Source: Eledone cirrhosa (Eukaryota). Taken from it: a stretch of 64,000 bases of DNA. The position numbers and the translations under genes were made by a program. The notes below the pieces were generated by a model. That model ran no database searches. It was not told the DNA's origin and saw only the letters and a program-made list of their open reading frames with translations. Positions within the stretch are counted from its first letter, which is position 1. Each line of letters opens with the position of its first letter. The stretch covers positions 167,090,001 through 167,154,000 of the forward strand of contig OZ024741.1 of the NCBI GenBank assembly GCA_964016885.1, in the 5' to 3' direction. This document shows positions 11,779 to 24,489 of the stretch, piece by piece.

Positions 11779-11780
<2 letters not shown>
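11550..11780 (+). mobile_element. RTE-clade LINE 3' end with (GAT)n tail
   Basis: GRPMKIWAEVVRADLKMLKLTEEMT peptide, then GGACGTAAAAGGATGATGATGAT; same type of 3' end as 46612-47915. Confidence 0.7.
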
Positions 11781-11816
<36 letters not shown>

Positions 11817-12796
11817 ATGTGTGTGTATGCATGTATGTGTATGTGTGTGTGTGTGTGTGTGTGCGTATGTGTGTGTGTGTGTGTGTGTGTGTATGTTCGT
11901 GTGTATGTGCGTGTGTATTTTATTAAAGCTAATCCAGTGACCTGTTATTCTAGAATTTTCCTTGCATGCTGCAAATGTTTTATGCCAGACCTGACAACTC
12001 TCCTCGTCCGACGGGAAGATCTCCCACCCACTTTGGGGTGGGTGAGAGATGTCTTCTTTTGTGAAAATGGGTATAGCTTTCATTATGTAAAATCTCCCAA
12101 TTTTGCCTCATTTCTCCCCGTTCTGAGGTACTTTTTTTTTAATGGTACTCCCCGTTTGGCTTTTTAAAGGTTGGCAGGTCTGCATATACAGTTTAAAGAC
12201 CGATGAGAAGAAATATCTTTTTAAGTTACACCCACGACTTGCTTTAAATCAATCTCTGAGATTACAATAGATTCTTCTATTTTACACTTTACACCATATA
12301 TTGTTTATGGCTTATTCCGAGGAATAACACCAACACACAACCTTTGAGCAGGGCAGAGAATACGTAACTGGTAGCGATAAATGGAAGATGCCAAGGTTCA
12401 TGAGTTGCGGTGGTAGAGAGTAGAACAGCAAAATAATTATCCTTCGATCGGGGACCTGGTTAGTATCATTGCAGTTTTTATATATAATGGTTTCTACTTT
12501 AGGCACAAGACCAGCAATTTGAAGGGGAGGGGAAAGTCGATTAAATCGACCCCAGTACATTACTGGTGCTTTATTTTATCGACCTCGTAAGGAAGAAAGG
12601 CAAAGCTAACCTCGATCGGATTTGAACTCAGAATGTATAGGGCCGTAAATGATGAGCTGTACCTCATCTAGCTTTGGGGTAGTTCTTTTGCTCAATGAGG
12701 ACTGACCTGAAGGGTGGGGATGGCTATATTACAACAACAGTGGTCGCACTAATTGGTGAGATTTTCCAATCTGTTTTAATTTTCGCAGCTAATTTA

Positions 12797-13023
12797 ACCG
12801 TTTCGTGACTGGATTCCATTAGAAATACATTCGATTTCAATTAGTTAGTGAAGAAATTTGATTGTTTTACTAAAATTATTTATTATTCTATTACTAAGGT
12901 AATAACTTAACATATAGTTCTTATATGAAATTATGTTGGAAGATTTAAATACGGGCCATTTAAAGTGGGTGGTTTTGTTTCTTAGATCAAAGGCTGCTTT
13001 TGGCTATGTCGGTGTTAAAAAGG
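12797..13023. mobile_element. piggyBac-type MITE (diverged)
   Basis: TTAA-CCGTTTCG...AAAAAGG-TTAA; body shared with 52144-52361, ~50760-51200 and ~63700-63930. Confidence 0.6.
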
Positions 13024-13808
13024 TTAAAGTGAAATGTATGTGTTATGGTAGCAGTGAGTAGATACGAACTCACAATACTGGTTCATAGAGAGGCACTTTA
13101 TCAAGTCAAACAGCCAGCAATATTTCACAAATATTTACGCCATCATTGAAAGGAAAAAAAAAAGAGATAAAACTTTCACTAACTTTTCACCAACATTAAT
13201 AAAACTCCGACTTGATATATGATCATATCAGAATGTACTTCCTTCTTGTTCTTAAAAACAAAAAAATGAAATATCTCATATAGTATTGCTTTGTTTTAAA
13301 TATCTCCTGGGAAGAGCAACACTGAAACTATAGAGATAATATATATATATACCACTTTTCTTATTCTTCTTGTTTATTTTTTCATTTCAGCAGCAAAATC
13401 AACTATTTCCGCTGAATGTCTTTTTAAAAACAAACACCAAGGAATATATATATATATATCACTATATGTTGCCATAAGTCGGAAACAATTTCTAAAATAA
13501 ACTCTATGATTTTTTGTTTCTATGCTGATTTTCTCTTGGTGGTGGGGTGTTTGTGGTAGGCATAGAGTATCATTGTTTTTTTATGAAGGTGTGTGGTATT
13601 TTTTGTTTGTTTGTATATTTGGATTTTTTATGATGAGAATACCAGCGAATAAAAAAGTAAAGTCTCTGAGTAGCTTTAACTAAACCACTTAACCTTTATT
13701 TGACTTGAGAGTAGTTTATTCTATTACAAGCATTCCAAGCAAGCTTCTTTGATCCCCACCTTAACCTAAAAATTAGATGTTTAAAATGTATATTAACTGT
13801 GTTGATCT

Positions 13809-14065
13809 CACCAGTACAGGAGATAATCCTATAAAGCTTAGGGTACAGTACCTCAAAATAAACACCAACCACACCAGTCTGGGAGACAATCATATAAAGA
13901 TAAGGGCATTGCGCCCCAATCTAAACACCAACCATACCAGTCTGGGAGACAGTCCTATAAAAATAAGGGCACTGTAGCCCAAGGTAAGCACCAACCATAC
14001 CAGTCTGGGAAACAATCATATAGAGATAGGGCATTCTACCCCAAGGTAAACACCAACCATACCAA
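13809..14065. repeat. ~62-bp tandem repeat, ~4 copies
   Basis: Recurring AAACACCAACCATACCAGTCTGGGAGACAATCATATAAAGATAAGGGCA unit. Confidence 0.85.
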
Positions 14066-14109
14066 TATGGCGCCCCCTACGACTCAACTAGAAGTTACAC
14101 ATCCACACA

Positions 14110-14148
<39 letters not shown>

Positions 14149-15024
14149 ACTGATAGAGAAGAAGTGAGGGAGATATAAAGGAAGAATCGACACTAATACT
14201 GAATTGGTACTTTATCAACCTCGAAAGGATGAAAGGCAAAGTTACCCCTCGGTAAGATTTGAACTAAGAGAGCAGAGAGCTGAAACAAATACCACAAAGC
14301 ATGATTTTAGACGATTTCATGATTCTGTCAATTCGTTGCCTTCTTGTAAACATTTTACTGATCCAATTGACCTGTGTACTGAATTACCTGAAGCCTGATC
14401 TATTCTTGACTTGTTCTATCGTACATTGTATGTCTGGAGACTATTGTGGATAGATCTACTTTAGATTACACATTTTTGTGACTACACTACTGACAATAAG
14501 CACCAACATCTTGGTGAGTACTTTTGCCAAAACCTTCAATTCTATCTTGAGTAGAGTAATGGTTTTAGGTTTTCTTGGGTGGTAAGAGAATTGGATTTGC
14601 AAACGTGAGGTTGTGAGTTCGATTCCCAGACCGCATGGTGCGTTATGTCCTTGAGCAAGACACTTTATTTCACGTTGCTCCTTCTACCTGGAGTTGCGAC
14701 GATAGATAGTATTAGCAATCGGAAAGATCAACGGAAACATTGTTTCCTCGGTCCGACTTGACGAAAGTGGATCGATTTTAAAATTGTAGATAGAATGGAT
14801 CTTAAACGCCAAGTGTAATTATCTCGTCCTAGCTGTGTTCATCAGTCTACAAATGATACTGAGATACTGAACAAACACTTGGCCCTCCACTTAACCACCA
14901 GTTAGTAAATATATTGAAAACCAGACTTTTATCTTCACCTATTTCTCTCCCCTCCCCCTCTCTCTCTCTCCCCCTCTCTCTCCCTCGCCCTCTCTCTCCC
15001 CCCTCTCTCTCTCTCTCTCTCTGG

Positions 15025-17715
15025 TAATGTAATATGACCAAATGTAATATGACCAAATGTGAAGTGACCAAATGTGAAGTGAACAAATGTGAAGTGACCA
15101 AATGTGAAGTGACCAAATGTGAAGTGACCAAATGTAATATGACCAAATGTGAAGTGACCAAATGTGAGATGACCAAATGTGAAGTGACCAAATGTGAGAT
15201 AACCAAATGTGAAGTGACCAAATGTGAAGTGACCAAATGTGAGATGACCAAATGTGAAGTGACCAAATGTGAAGTGACCAAATGTGAAGTGACCAAATGT
15301 AATATGACCAAATGTGAAGTGACCAAATGTGAAGTGACCAAATGTGAGATGACCAAATGTGAAGTGACCAAATGTAATATGACCAAATGTGAGATGACCA
15401 AATGTGAGATGACCAAATGTGAAGTGACCAAATGTGAGATGACCAAATGTGAAGTGACCAAACGTGAAGTGACCAAATGTGAAGTGACCAAATGTGAGAT
15501 GACCAAATGTGAAGTGACCAAATGTGAGATGACCAAATGTGAGATGACCAAATGTGAAGTGACCAAATGTGAAGTGACCAAATGTGAAGTGACCAAATGT
15601 GAAGTGACCAAATGTGAGATGACCAAATGTGAGATGACCAAATGTGAAGTGACCAAATGTAATATGACCAAATGTGAGATGACCAAATGTGAAGTGACCA
15701 AATGTAATATGACCAAATGTGAAGTGACCAAATGTGAAGTGACCAAATGTGAAGTGACCAAATGTGAAGTGACCAAATGTAATATGACCAAATGTGAAGT
15801 GACCAAATGTGAGATGACCAAATGTGAAGTGACCAAATGTGAGATGACCAAATGTGAAGTGACCAAATGTAATATGACCAAATGTGAAGTGACCAAATGT
15901 GAAGTGACCAAATGTGAAGTGACCAAATGTGAAGTGACCAAATGTGAAGTGACCAAATGTAATATGACCAAATGTGAAGTGACCAAATGTAATATGACCA
16001 AATGTGAAGTGACCAAATGTAATATGACCAAATGTGAAGTGACCAAATGTAATATGACCAAATGTGAGATGACCAAATGTGAAGTGACCAAATGTAATAT
16101 GACCAAATGTGAAGTGACCAAATGTGAAGTGACCAAATGTGAAATGACCAAATGTAATATGACCAAATGTGAAGTGACCAAATGTGAAGTGACCAAATGT
16201 AATATGACCAAATGTGAAGTGACCAAATGTGAAGTGACCAAATGTAATATGACCAAATGTGAAGTGACCAAATGTGAAGTGACCAAATGTGAAGTGACCA
16301 AATGTGAAGTGACCAAATGTGAGATGACCAAATGTGAGATGACCAAATGTGAGATGATCACATGAGAGATGGCCAAATGTCAGATGACCAAATGTGAAGT
16401 GACCAAATGTGAAGTGACCAAATGTGAGATGACCAAATGTGAAGTGACCAAATGTGAGATGACCAAATGTGAGATGACCAAATGTGAAGTGACCAAATGT
16501 GAGATGACCAAATGTGAGATGACCAAATGTGAAGTGACCAAATGTGAAGTGACCAAATGTGAAGTGACCAAATGTGAGATGACCAAATGTAAGATGACCA
16601 AATGTGAAGTGACCAAATGTGAGATGACCAAATGTGAGATGACCAAATGTGAAGTGACCAAATGTGAAGTGACCAAATGTGAAGTGACCAAATGTGAGAT
16701 GACCAAATGTGAGATGACCAAATGTGAAGTGACCAAATGTGAAGTGACCTAATGTGAAGTGACCAAATGTAATATGACCAAATGTGAAGTGACCAAATGT
16801 GAAGTGACCAAATGTGAGATGACCATATGTAATATGACCAAATGTGAGATGACCAAATGTGAGATGACCAAATGTGAAGTGACCAAATGTGAGATGACCA
16901 AATGTAATATGACCAAATGTGAAGTGACCAAATGTGAAGTGACCAAATGTAATATGACCAAATGTGAAGTGACCAAATGTGAGATGACCAAATGTGAGAT
17001 GACCAAATGTGAAGTGACCAAATGTAATATGATCAAATGTAATATGACCAAATGTGAGATGACCAAATGTGAGATGATCACATGAGAGATGGCCAAATGT
17101 CAGATGACCAAATTTGAAGTATCCAAATGTCAGATGACCAAATGTGAGATGACCAAATGTGAAGTGTCCAAATGTGAGATGACCAAATGTGAAGTGACCA
17201 AATGTGAGATGACCAAATGTGAAGTGACCAAATGTGAGACGGCTAGATATAAGATGACCAAATGTAGGATGATCAAATGTAAGGTGACCACTGGAAAGCG
17301 TACTATTATAAAAATATAAAGTGACCAAATGTGAGGTGACTAAATGTAAGATCACCAAATGTGAGATGACCAAATGTAAGTTAGCAAAATATGAGGTGAC
17401 TAAATGTGGGACGATCAAATATAAGGAGACAGAATGTAATTTGACCAAATGTAATATCACCATCTCTGAGATGATCAAATGTGAGATGTCCAAATATAAG
17501 GTGACCCAATTTAAGATGACCAAATGTAAGATGACCAAATGTGAGATGACTAATTGTGAGATGTCTAAATATCAGGTGAACTAATGTGAGCTGACCAAAT
17601 GAGAGATGACCAAACGTGAGATGACCATATGTAATATGACATTATGTGAAGTGATGACATGTGAGATGACCAAATGTAATACGACCAAATATGAGATGAA
17701 CATATATGAGATGAG
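15025..17715. repeat. 15-bp minisatellite GACCAAATGT+(GAAGT/GAGAT/AATAT), ~180 units
   Basis: Strict 15-bp phase on the left, progressively degenerate after ~17100. Confidence 0.98.
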
Positions 17716-19059
17716 AAAAAATTAATCTTGTGGTGGTGTTAAGCTAAGCAATCGTAAAAGACTCCCATCCAACTAGACCACGGTTGTATTTGAATTCTGA
17801 GCACTGTGAGACTGAATATTTATTTGAATATATCCTAACAATTGTTTTAAGGATTCCATGTGTTCCCCACCCTAAACTGGTCCTTTATTTATTGGTCCAT
17901 GAAAGGCTAAGTTAACCCCGGTAGGATTTGAACTCAGAATTTGAGGAGCCAGATTAAATACTTTATTTGACTCTCTAACCCTTCTACCAATTCGACGCCA
18001 TTTTGGCTGATAAAATACTGGCTAACTAAAATATATAACGAGATGCTGCTTGTCAGAATGTAGGGCAATTCAATTTTGGCTGGCTAAATGGTAAACATGA
18101 ATAGTTCATTGTAACTCAAAATTAAGTTGGATTTTAACATCGTTAAGTATTGAAATATTTCCAAAATCTCTTAATTCAGTTGAAGTTATTGCTTCCGAAA
18201 TAGTTTTTTTTTTTAAGTAAAATTTATTTTTTCTTGTTGTTCTTATTCTTCTGAGGAGTGAATGAATAAATGAATGAATGAATCTGAAATAAAAAAAAAT
18301 ATGATGTGAAAACATTATATTTCTATTTATGATGTCACGTTTAAGAGTTGTTCTGGCGAGAGTATATAACTAGTTACTAATAATTTAATCTAACCACCCT
18401 TCTACACTGTTCCCCCCTACACCACAATGTCAGATATAATTACAACCTAAATAAAATAGTTCCTATAAACCAACGGTGGGGATTAAGATAAATCAAGGAG
18501 GTTTTGATTTACTGAATGATGTATAAAAATAATGAATTGAAATGTACATCTTAATTAGAGGAAGAAATACAAAAGCCTAAGGGAAATCACGAGCAATTCT
18601 CTAACGAAATTAATAATTAATTAAAAATAAACTTAAATAAGAGAAACCTTATATTTTTTAGCATGAGCAGTGAGAGCAAAGGACAAAGTTTGGTATGAGT
18701 AGAGCTCATGAGGTTTGGCTCAAACCGAGGCTGTGAAAACAGATCTTTGTACAAGATGCCATGATGTAGGATTGAACACGGAAACTAATAATTTTGATGT
18801 GAACCATTCGGCTATGCTGGGTCCTGTGTACCACTGGCAGACATATATGTAGAGAGATGGGATAAATTCTCAATTCTTAGCCACTTTAACAATGATATTT
18901 CGGCTGAACACATTTTAAATCTCTGTTCTATCAGAGTTCTTTCATAATAGCAATGGAATTATTGATAAAACAGAACTGGGGTCACAAAAAATACATACAT
19001 TTCAAATCCAAACTAATAAACTACAAGCTAGAACATTTCTCCTTCGAAATAATCCCGGG

Positions 19060-19650
19060 ATCTAATGAACTTTCCCATTTTTCTCCACCACGCCTCCATG
19101 AACTCCTGGAAGGATTATCCCGGGATTCTCAGCAGCTACATCGTCACGGCCCTCTTGATGGATTCTACGTCCAGAAAACGGGTCGTACTTGAAGATCCAT
19201 GATTCCTCATCGGTGATGACTCTCCCTAGCAAGTCTGGTTCGGTTTCAAGACGCTCGAGAATGTCCTGACACACCTGTATGCGCCGCTCATTCTGGTCAT
19301 CGTTCAGCAGCTTCGGCACCATCTTCGCGCAGATCTTCCGCATGCCCAAATCTTCAGAGATAATGTTCCAAACGCTGCCGCGGTTCATGCCTAGCTCACT
19401 TGTGATCAGTCGAACAGTCAGTCAGCGATCGGCACGCACTACCTGCCTCACACGCTCAACGTTGGCATCAATCCCGTTCATTGAAGGCCTACCGTTCCTG
19501 GGGTCGTTGTCTACCTTTGGTGCCACTCGAAAACCCGTGAGTGCGACATCCTCTCATCTCTGTACACTTGCTGCAGTATCCCGATTGCTTGTGATGGAGT
19601 TTCCCCAGTCGGACCAAAAACTTCAGGCTGGTTCGTTGCTCTGTGCTCAT
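19060..19650 (-). mobile_element. mariner transposase pseudogene (internally deleted)
   Basis: MSTEQRTSLKFLVRLGK (HTH start), SEDLGMRKICAKMVPKLL (WVPxxL motif), VITDEESWIFKYDP (first catalytic region, degenerate); frameshifts. Confidence 0.9.
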
Positions 19651-20351
19651 CCCTTGACGGTCTAAATTTGAAGAGCTGTTAATAAAAGTACATGAAAAAA
19701 CATACAATGGATGCAGAGAGCGGAGATTGCAGTTATATACTCCCAGAATATTACGACACACGGTGACATAACCCTTTAATCCCTACCTGACTCACAGCTC
19801 ATACATACATATATACATATATACATACTTATACGTACATACACGCGTACACACATGCACACACACGCGCACATACACACACAAACACATGCATGTACAC
19901 ACAACTATTGAAAATTGCAAACTTGACTGTCATCACTGTATATGAACCTGAAGATTGCGAAAGCATGAAAGTACTTGTTCAATTAACACTTAACATTTAA
20001 TATTCTACCATACATACTATTTCATTATAATATCATTATAATTTTAAAGGATTGTAAATAAAACGAGTAAATCAGACAAATTTGGAATTCCTTTTATTAA
20101 TATATATATATATGTATATATATATATATGAATATGTCATTTATTTTGTCTGACCTGTTTAGCTTGACTTGTTTTTTGGTTTAGGTGGTTAATGGCTTCT
20201 TGACCGCCTTCTCAGTTTGTATGGCCTTTTTAACCTATGTTTATTACTCTGGTCTTTTTAGCCCATGGAGCGCTTGCCAGCATGACTCGGCATTTGCGTT
20301 ACGTTTCGCTTTTTCTACCCGCCTAAATGCGATTCTCGCTGAATTTATATT

Positions 20352-20412
<61 letters not shown>

Positions 20413-20491
20413 CGAAGGAAATGTGGTAAGGAACCAGGTGGACCATAACGCACCAAAGTACTCAATACTTGAGGTAGTAGAGTGGGTAATA

Positions 20492-20603
20492 GGAACCAGT
20501 AAGACCCCGACAGCTGAGCTCAAGCCGTTTCGACGGCTAATTCTGGACTAAATGAACATTTATCCTGGTATTTAAATAGCCGATCTTCTCAAGGGGTAAT
20601 TCC
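20492..20603 (-). ncRNA. Type I hammerhead ribozyme (U3-A8 core variant), left pLTR
   Basis: Reverse complement of 24167-24278. Confidence 0.8.
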
Positions 20604-21695
20604 ATATATGGTCAAAGTGATTGTCAAAAATCAGTAGTAATTCTGTGGTTGCAAATTAGTAGGGGAGATGGTGGCTAAACCTGCCAGTAGGAGAAAGAGG
20701 GGAGGGGGTGGAGTAGACCCAATCAAGCGTTGGTAGTGCCAGCTACAGCTGGGCATGAGGTCAAAGAAGATACAGGGGAGGGGGAGGGGGAGGAAGTCGG
20801 AACGGTAGGTAGAACAATGGGGGGTAGAAATAGGAAAGAAAAAATACTGAGAGTGAAGAAAAGCAAATAAGTGTAAAGAAAAAATTAAATTCTACGACCT
20901 AGGTGTCAGGCTATTGTTAGGCGAGAATAAAATAAAGAAAGAAAGAAAGAAGTAAATAAATAAATAAATAAATAAATAAGGAAATACGTAAAAGAACTAG
21001 GTGGGACGAATTAGGCAAGGACCCTTTTAAGAGGTATAAGTACGTAAATGATACGGTGACTGGTCAACAAAAGGGGCCAAAATACTAAAGAGACTACCAC
21101 GAAATAAACAATAAAGGTTTCCATCCCGGGCCAGCAACGACCCAGTGCAGCAAAGTGAACTTGTACGACATAATAATTCTGAGTCCCGAGAAAAATATAT
21201 ACTAATGCTAACTCTAAAAGATCTAAAACAAGCTACATGAAAGTTCGTACGAAATAAAGGTAGAATACGGAGAAATAAGTTCAGAATCCACCCCGCCCAG
21301 AAGAAAAGCGAAGCAAGAAATACTGAAACGAAAAAATAAGGCATAAGTGCCACTAAGAAATATAGAGGGCACAGAGAATAGTGGGAGCGGTCGGAAAAGG
21401 GGGGCAAGTATCCGGGGTCTAAGCCAACTGCTATAAAGGGCTGCGTCCGCCAAATCTATCAAAGACTAGGGGAGGGGGGAGTGGGGGTACTAAGGCTACA
21501 TGGGGCCAAAGGGCAGCCTCGGGTGGGCGAGAAAAGACGCCGACAAAGGAGAAGAGCTGGGGTAGAAGGACAAAGGAGAGAGGGGGGAAGGAAATAAAGG
21601 ATGCGATAAAAGAATACAAAGAAGATCTTACGTCTTCCTTGGCAAGCAGGGGTTACCCATTGCAAAATCGGCAACTGGGGTGTTATAGCCCTAGT

Positions 21696-23285
21696 CTACC
21701 CCCCCGGGTCATTATGGGGTTTGAGGGCGAGGTAAGTCCTACGCAATCTATGTTTACATGCAGTAACCAGTTCATCTTTCTTGTTTAGGAGTTGGTCCGT
21801 CGAAAACAGCATTTGTAAAGTTTCCTCCGAGCATAAATTGCACGGACGGCGTCCTCCCGTGTAAGAATTGGCTCTGGACAGTAATCTCCAAGTGAGATCA
21901 TAGGTGATGTTGTTGTCCTTGAGGTCCCATATGTGGCCCGAAAGTGTAGTGGCGTGACGCCGGGCCGGGTTTCGGAAGGTATGTCTATGTTGGTATAGCC
22001 GGGTCTTGAAGTCACATGCGGTAAGTCCTATATAGGCTTTGTTGGAGGTATCCGTCCTCACGTTGCACTGGTAGATCACATTACGGTCTCTGCATCTATT
22101 GTCGAGTGGGCAAATAGATCTATCCGGGCAGTTACACCTCCTGGTCGGTTCTCCACTGCTATTTAGGTTATTTCTGCCATCGGGGTTGAGTTTTTTGTTG
22201 TTAGAGGAGACGATGTTTTGTGCGAAGTTTGGTGTAGTGCTGTAAGAGAGTTTGATGGTATTTTTGTTAATTATGTTGTGGTAGCGGTGTTGTAATGGGA
22301 AGTGTTTTTCAATGAGCCTAAAGAATAGTTTCCCGATGGGAGTAGTCACCTCTGCGTTGTGGGGAGGATTGAACCATGTTACATTGCGTGAGCGGCGGTG
22401 TCTCCTGCTGGTTCCGCTAATGGGATCTGGACAGTAGGATATTTCCTCCCGGAAACCACTCCGCTTGAGGGCCTGGTTGTAATAAGGCGCATGTTCATCG
22501 AATATCCGCTCATTAGCTGACAAACGGGATATGCGGAGGGAGATGTTTTTGACCAGGTTGTTTGTGATGTTCCTAGGATGGTTTGATCGGCGGTGGATGT
22601 AGTGCAGATTGTCATTAGGTTTCCTGTATGGGTAGTACAGGTCGTTTTCGAGGTCGAGGGTTACGTCCAGGAAGTTTACTCGGGTCAGGGACGTTTGTAG
22701 GGTTATTTTAAATCCCCAGTCGCGGAAGAATCTGATTAATTGTTTCCGGACCCGATCTGTACTACTGGGGTTGTACCCTTTAAGGGTAAGGAGCCCATCA
22801 TCACGGTACAATCCACCACCGAATGCAGGAAACATATCAGTGAGTTTGGCTATTAGGAATAATCCTATAAGATCAGTGACCTCCGCCGAATCCGTGGCGC
22901 CCATGCTGACGTCGAAGGGTGAGTCGGGAGCTCTTTTTATCCATTTAGAGTCGTCAAAGAGTAAGACTGTCTTCCTGGCGTGGAGGATGATTTTTCTTTC
23001 CTGGTCGGTGATGGGCACGAGTGTTTCGGCGAAGTCCAAGGCGGCAGTAAGTAGCGGTAAGGTGATTGAAGCATAGTAGCTCTCTATGTCGAACTGTATG
23101 AATTTAGTTTCTCGTTTATCCTCCATATTGCTGAACCAGGAGATTACTTCCTGGGTGTTGATCCATAGGCTAAGTCGGGTGTGTTGCTTGACTTTTGGTA
23201 TCACGCGGTCTAGGATTTTTTTGCTGATTCTCCCTATGTCGGACTTCGTTGGGTTAATAAGCCTGATGGAGGGTTTACGGTCACT
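21696..23285 (-). CDS. Penelope-like reverse transcriptase + GIY-YIG endonuclease (N-terminally truncated, otherwise uninterrupted)
   Basis: RLINPTKSDIGRISK (upstream of the called start 23204), QFDIESYYASI, SMGATDSAEV, GLYRDDGL, VNFLDV, CNCPDRSICPL, NVIYQC..AYIGLT..FKTRLYQH, CNLC, LNKKDELVTACKH. Confidence 0.93.
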   Translation of the reverse strand, partial: SDRKPSIRLINPTKSDIGRISKKILDRVIPKVKQHTRLSLWINTQEVISWFSNMEDKRETKFIQFDIESYYASITLPLLTAALDFAETLVPITDQERKIILHARKTVLLFDDSKWIKRAPDSPFDVSMGATDSAEVTDLIGLFLIAKLTDMFPAFGGGLYRDDGLLTLKGYNPSSTDRVRKQLIRFFRDWGFKITLQTSLTRVNFLDVTLDLENDLYYPYRKPNDNLHYIHRRSNHPRNITNNLVKNISLRISRLSANERIFDEHAPYYNQALKRSGFREEISYCPDPISGTSRRHRRSRNVTWFNPPHNAEVTTPIGKLFFRLIEKHFPLQHRYHNIINKNTIKLSYSTTPNFAQNIVSSNNKKLNPDGRNNLNSSGEPTRRCNCPDRSICPLDNRCRDRNVIYQCNVRTDTSNKAYIGLTACDFKTRLYQHRHTFRNPARRHATTLSGHIWDLKDNNITYDLTWRLLSRANSYTGGRRPCNLCSEETLQMLFSTDQLLNKKDELVTACKHRLRRTYLALKPHNDPGG

Positions 23286-24166
23286 CCACTCCCCCCTCCC
23301 CTAGTCTTTGATAGATTTGGCGGACGCAGCCCTTTATAGCAGTTGGCTTAGACCCCGGATACTTGCCCCCCTTTTCCGACCGCTCCCACTATTCTCTGTG
23401 CCCTCTATATTTCTTAGTGGCACTTATGCCTTATTTTTTCGTTTCAGTATTTCTTGCTTCGCTTTTCTTCTGGGCGGGGTGGATTCTGAACTTATTTCTC
23501 CGTATTCTACCTTTATTTCGTACGAACTTTCATGTAGCTTGTTTTAGATCTTTTAGAGTTAGCATTAGTATATATTTTTCTCGGGACTCAGAATTATTAT
23601 GTCGTACAAGTTCACTTTGCTGCACTGGGTCGTTGCTGGCCCGGGATGGAAACCTTTATTGTTTATTTCGTGGTAGTCTCTTTAGTATTTTGGCCCCTTT
23701 TGTTGACCAGTCACCGTATCATTTACGTACTTATACCTCTTAAAAGGGTCCTTGCCTAATTCGTCCCACCTAGTTCTTTTACGTATTTCCTTATTTATTT
23801 ATTTATTTATTTATTTACTTCTTTCTTTCTTTCTTTATTTTATTCTCGCCTAACAATAGCCTGACACCTAGGTCGTAGAATTTAATTTTTTCTTTACACT
23901 TATTTGCTTTTCTTCACTCTCAGTATTTTTTCTTTCCTATTTCTACCCCCCATTGTTCTACCTACCGTTCCGACTTCCTCCCCCTCCCCCTCCCCTGTAT
24001 CTTCTTTGACCTCATGCCCAGCTGTAGCTGGCACTACCAACGCTTGATTGGGTCTACTCCACCCCCTCCCCTCTTTCTCCTACTGGCAGGTTTAGCCACC
24101 ATCTCCCCTACTAATTTGCAACCACAGAATTACTACTGATTTTTGACAATCACTTTGACCATATAT

Positions 24167-24278
24167 GGAATTACCCCTTGAGAAGATCGGCTATTTAAAT
24201 ACCAGGATAAATGTTCATTTAGTCCAGAATTAGCCGTCGAAACGGCTTGAGCTCAGCTGTCGGGGTCTTACTGGTTCC
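24167..24278 (+). ncRNA. Type I hammerhead ribozyme (U3-A8 core variant), right pLTR
   Basis: Stem I ACCCC(24173-77)/GGGGT(24262-66); core TTGAGAA; stem II GA(T)CGGCTA/TAGCCGTC; GAAA; stem III ACGGCT/AGCTGT with palindromic GAGCTC; cleavage triplet GTC ending at 24261. Confidence 0.8.
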
Positions 24279-24337
<59 letters not shown>

Positions 24338-24489
24338 ACAGTAGCACTAAGACAACGTTTAAGCATTATAGAAGTGTATATGAAAACAGATATAAACATA
24401 TACTATACGTTCATGTGTTTATATATCAATACAATAAAAGTCTAAGATGGATACCCAGCGTAAATTACGTTAGATATATCAAACCTAAT

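Larger units (their letters stand above)
20411..24281 (-). mobile_element. Penelope-like retroelement (Naiad-type), 5'-truncated, with inverted pseudo-LTRs in (TA)n
   Basis: RT+GIY-YIG ORF. Inverted repeats 20489-21484 / 23286-24281, an extra ~78-nt tail 20411-20488 on one side, and (TA)n on both flanks. Confidence 0.93.

Noticed and set aside
13809-14065. CRISPR-like repeat-spacer pattern
   Set aside because: The apparent spacers are homologous to each other; it is an ordinary ~62-bp tandem repeat.
14847-17584. TKCEV/VTSHL repeat ORFs as genes, or the array as CRISPR
   Set aside because: Contiguous 15-bp units without unique spacers; these frames are interrupted by stops; eukaryotic context with no cas genes.
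21027-21462. Duplicated 126-aa and 79-aa ORFs (also 23308-23743)
   Set aside because: T-rich pLTR/3'UTR sequence with non-ATG starts; identity merely reflects the inverted repeat.
21696-23285. Selenocysteine-containing Naiad
   Set aside because: No in-frame TGA in the retained ORF; the conserved Cys positions are ordinary Cys codons.
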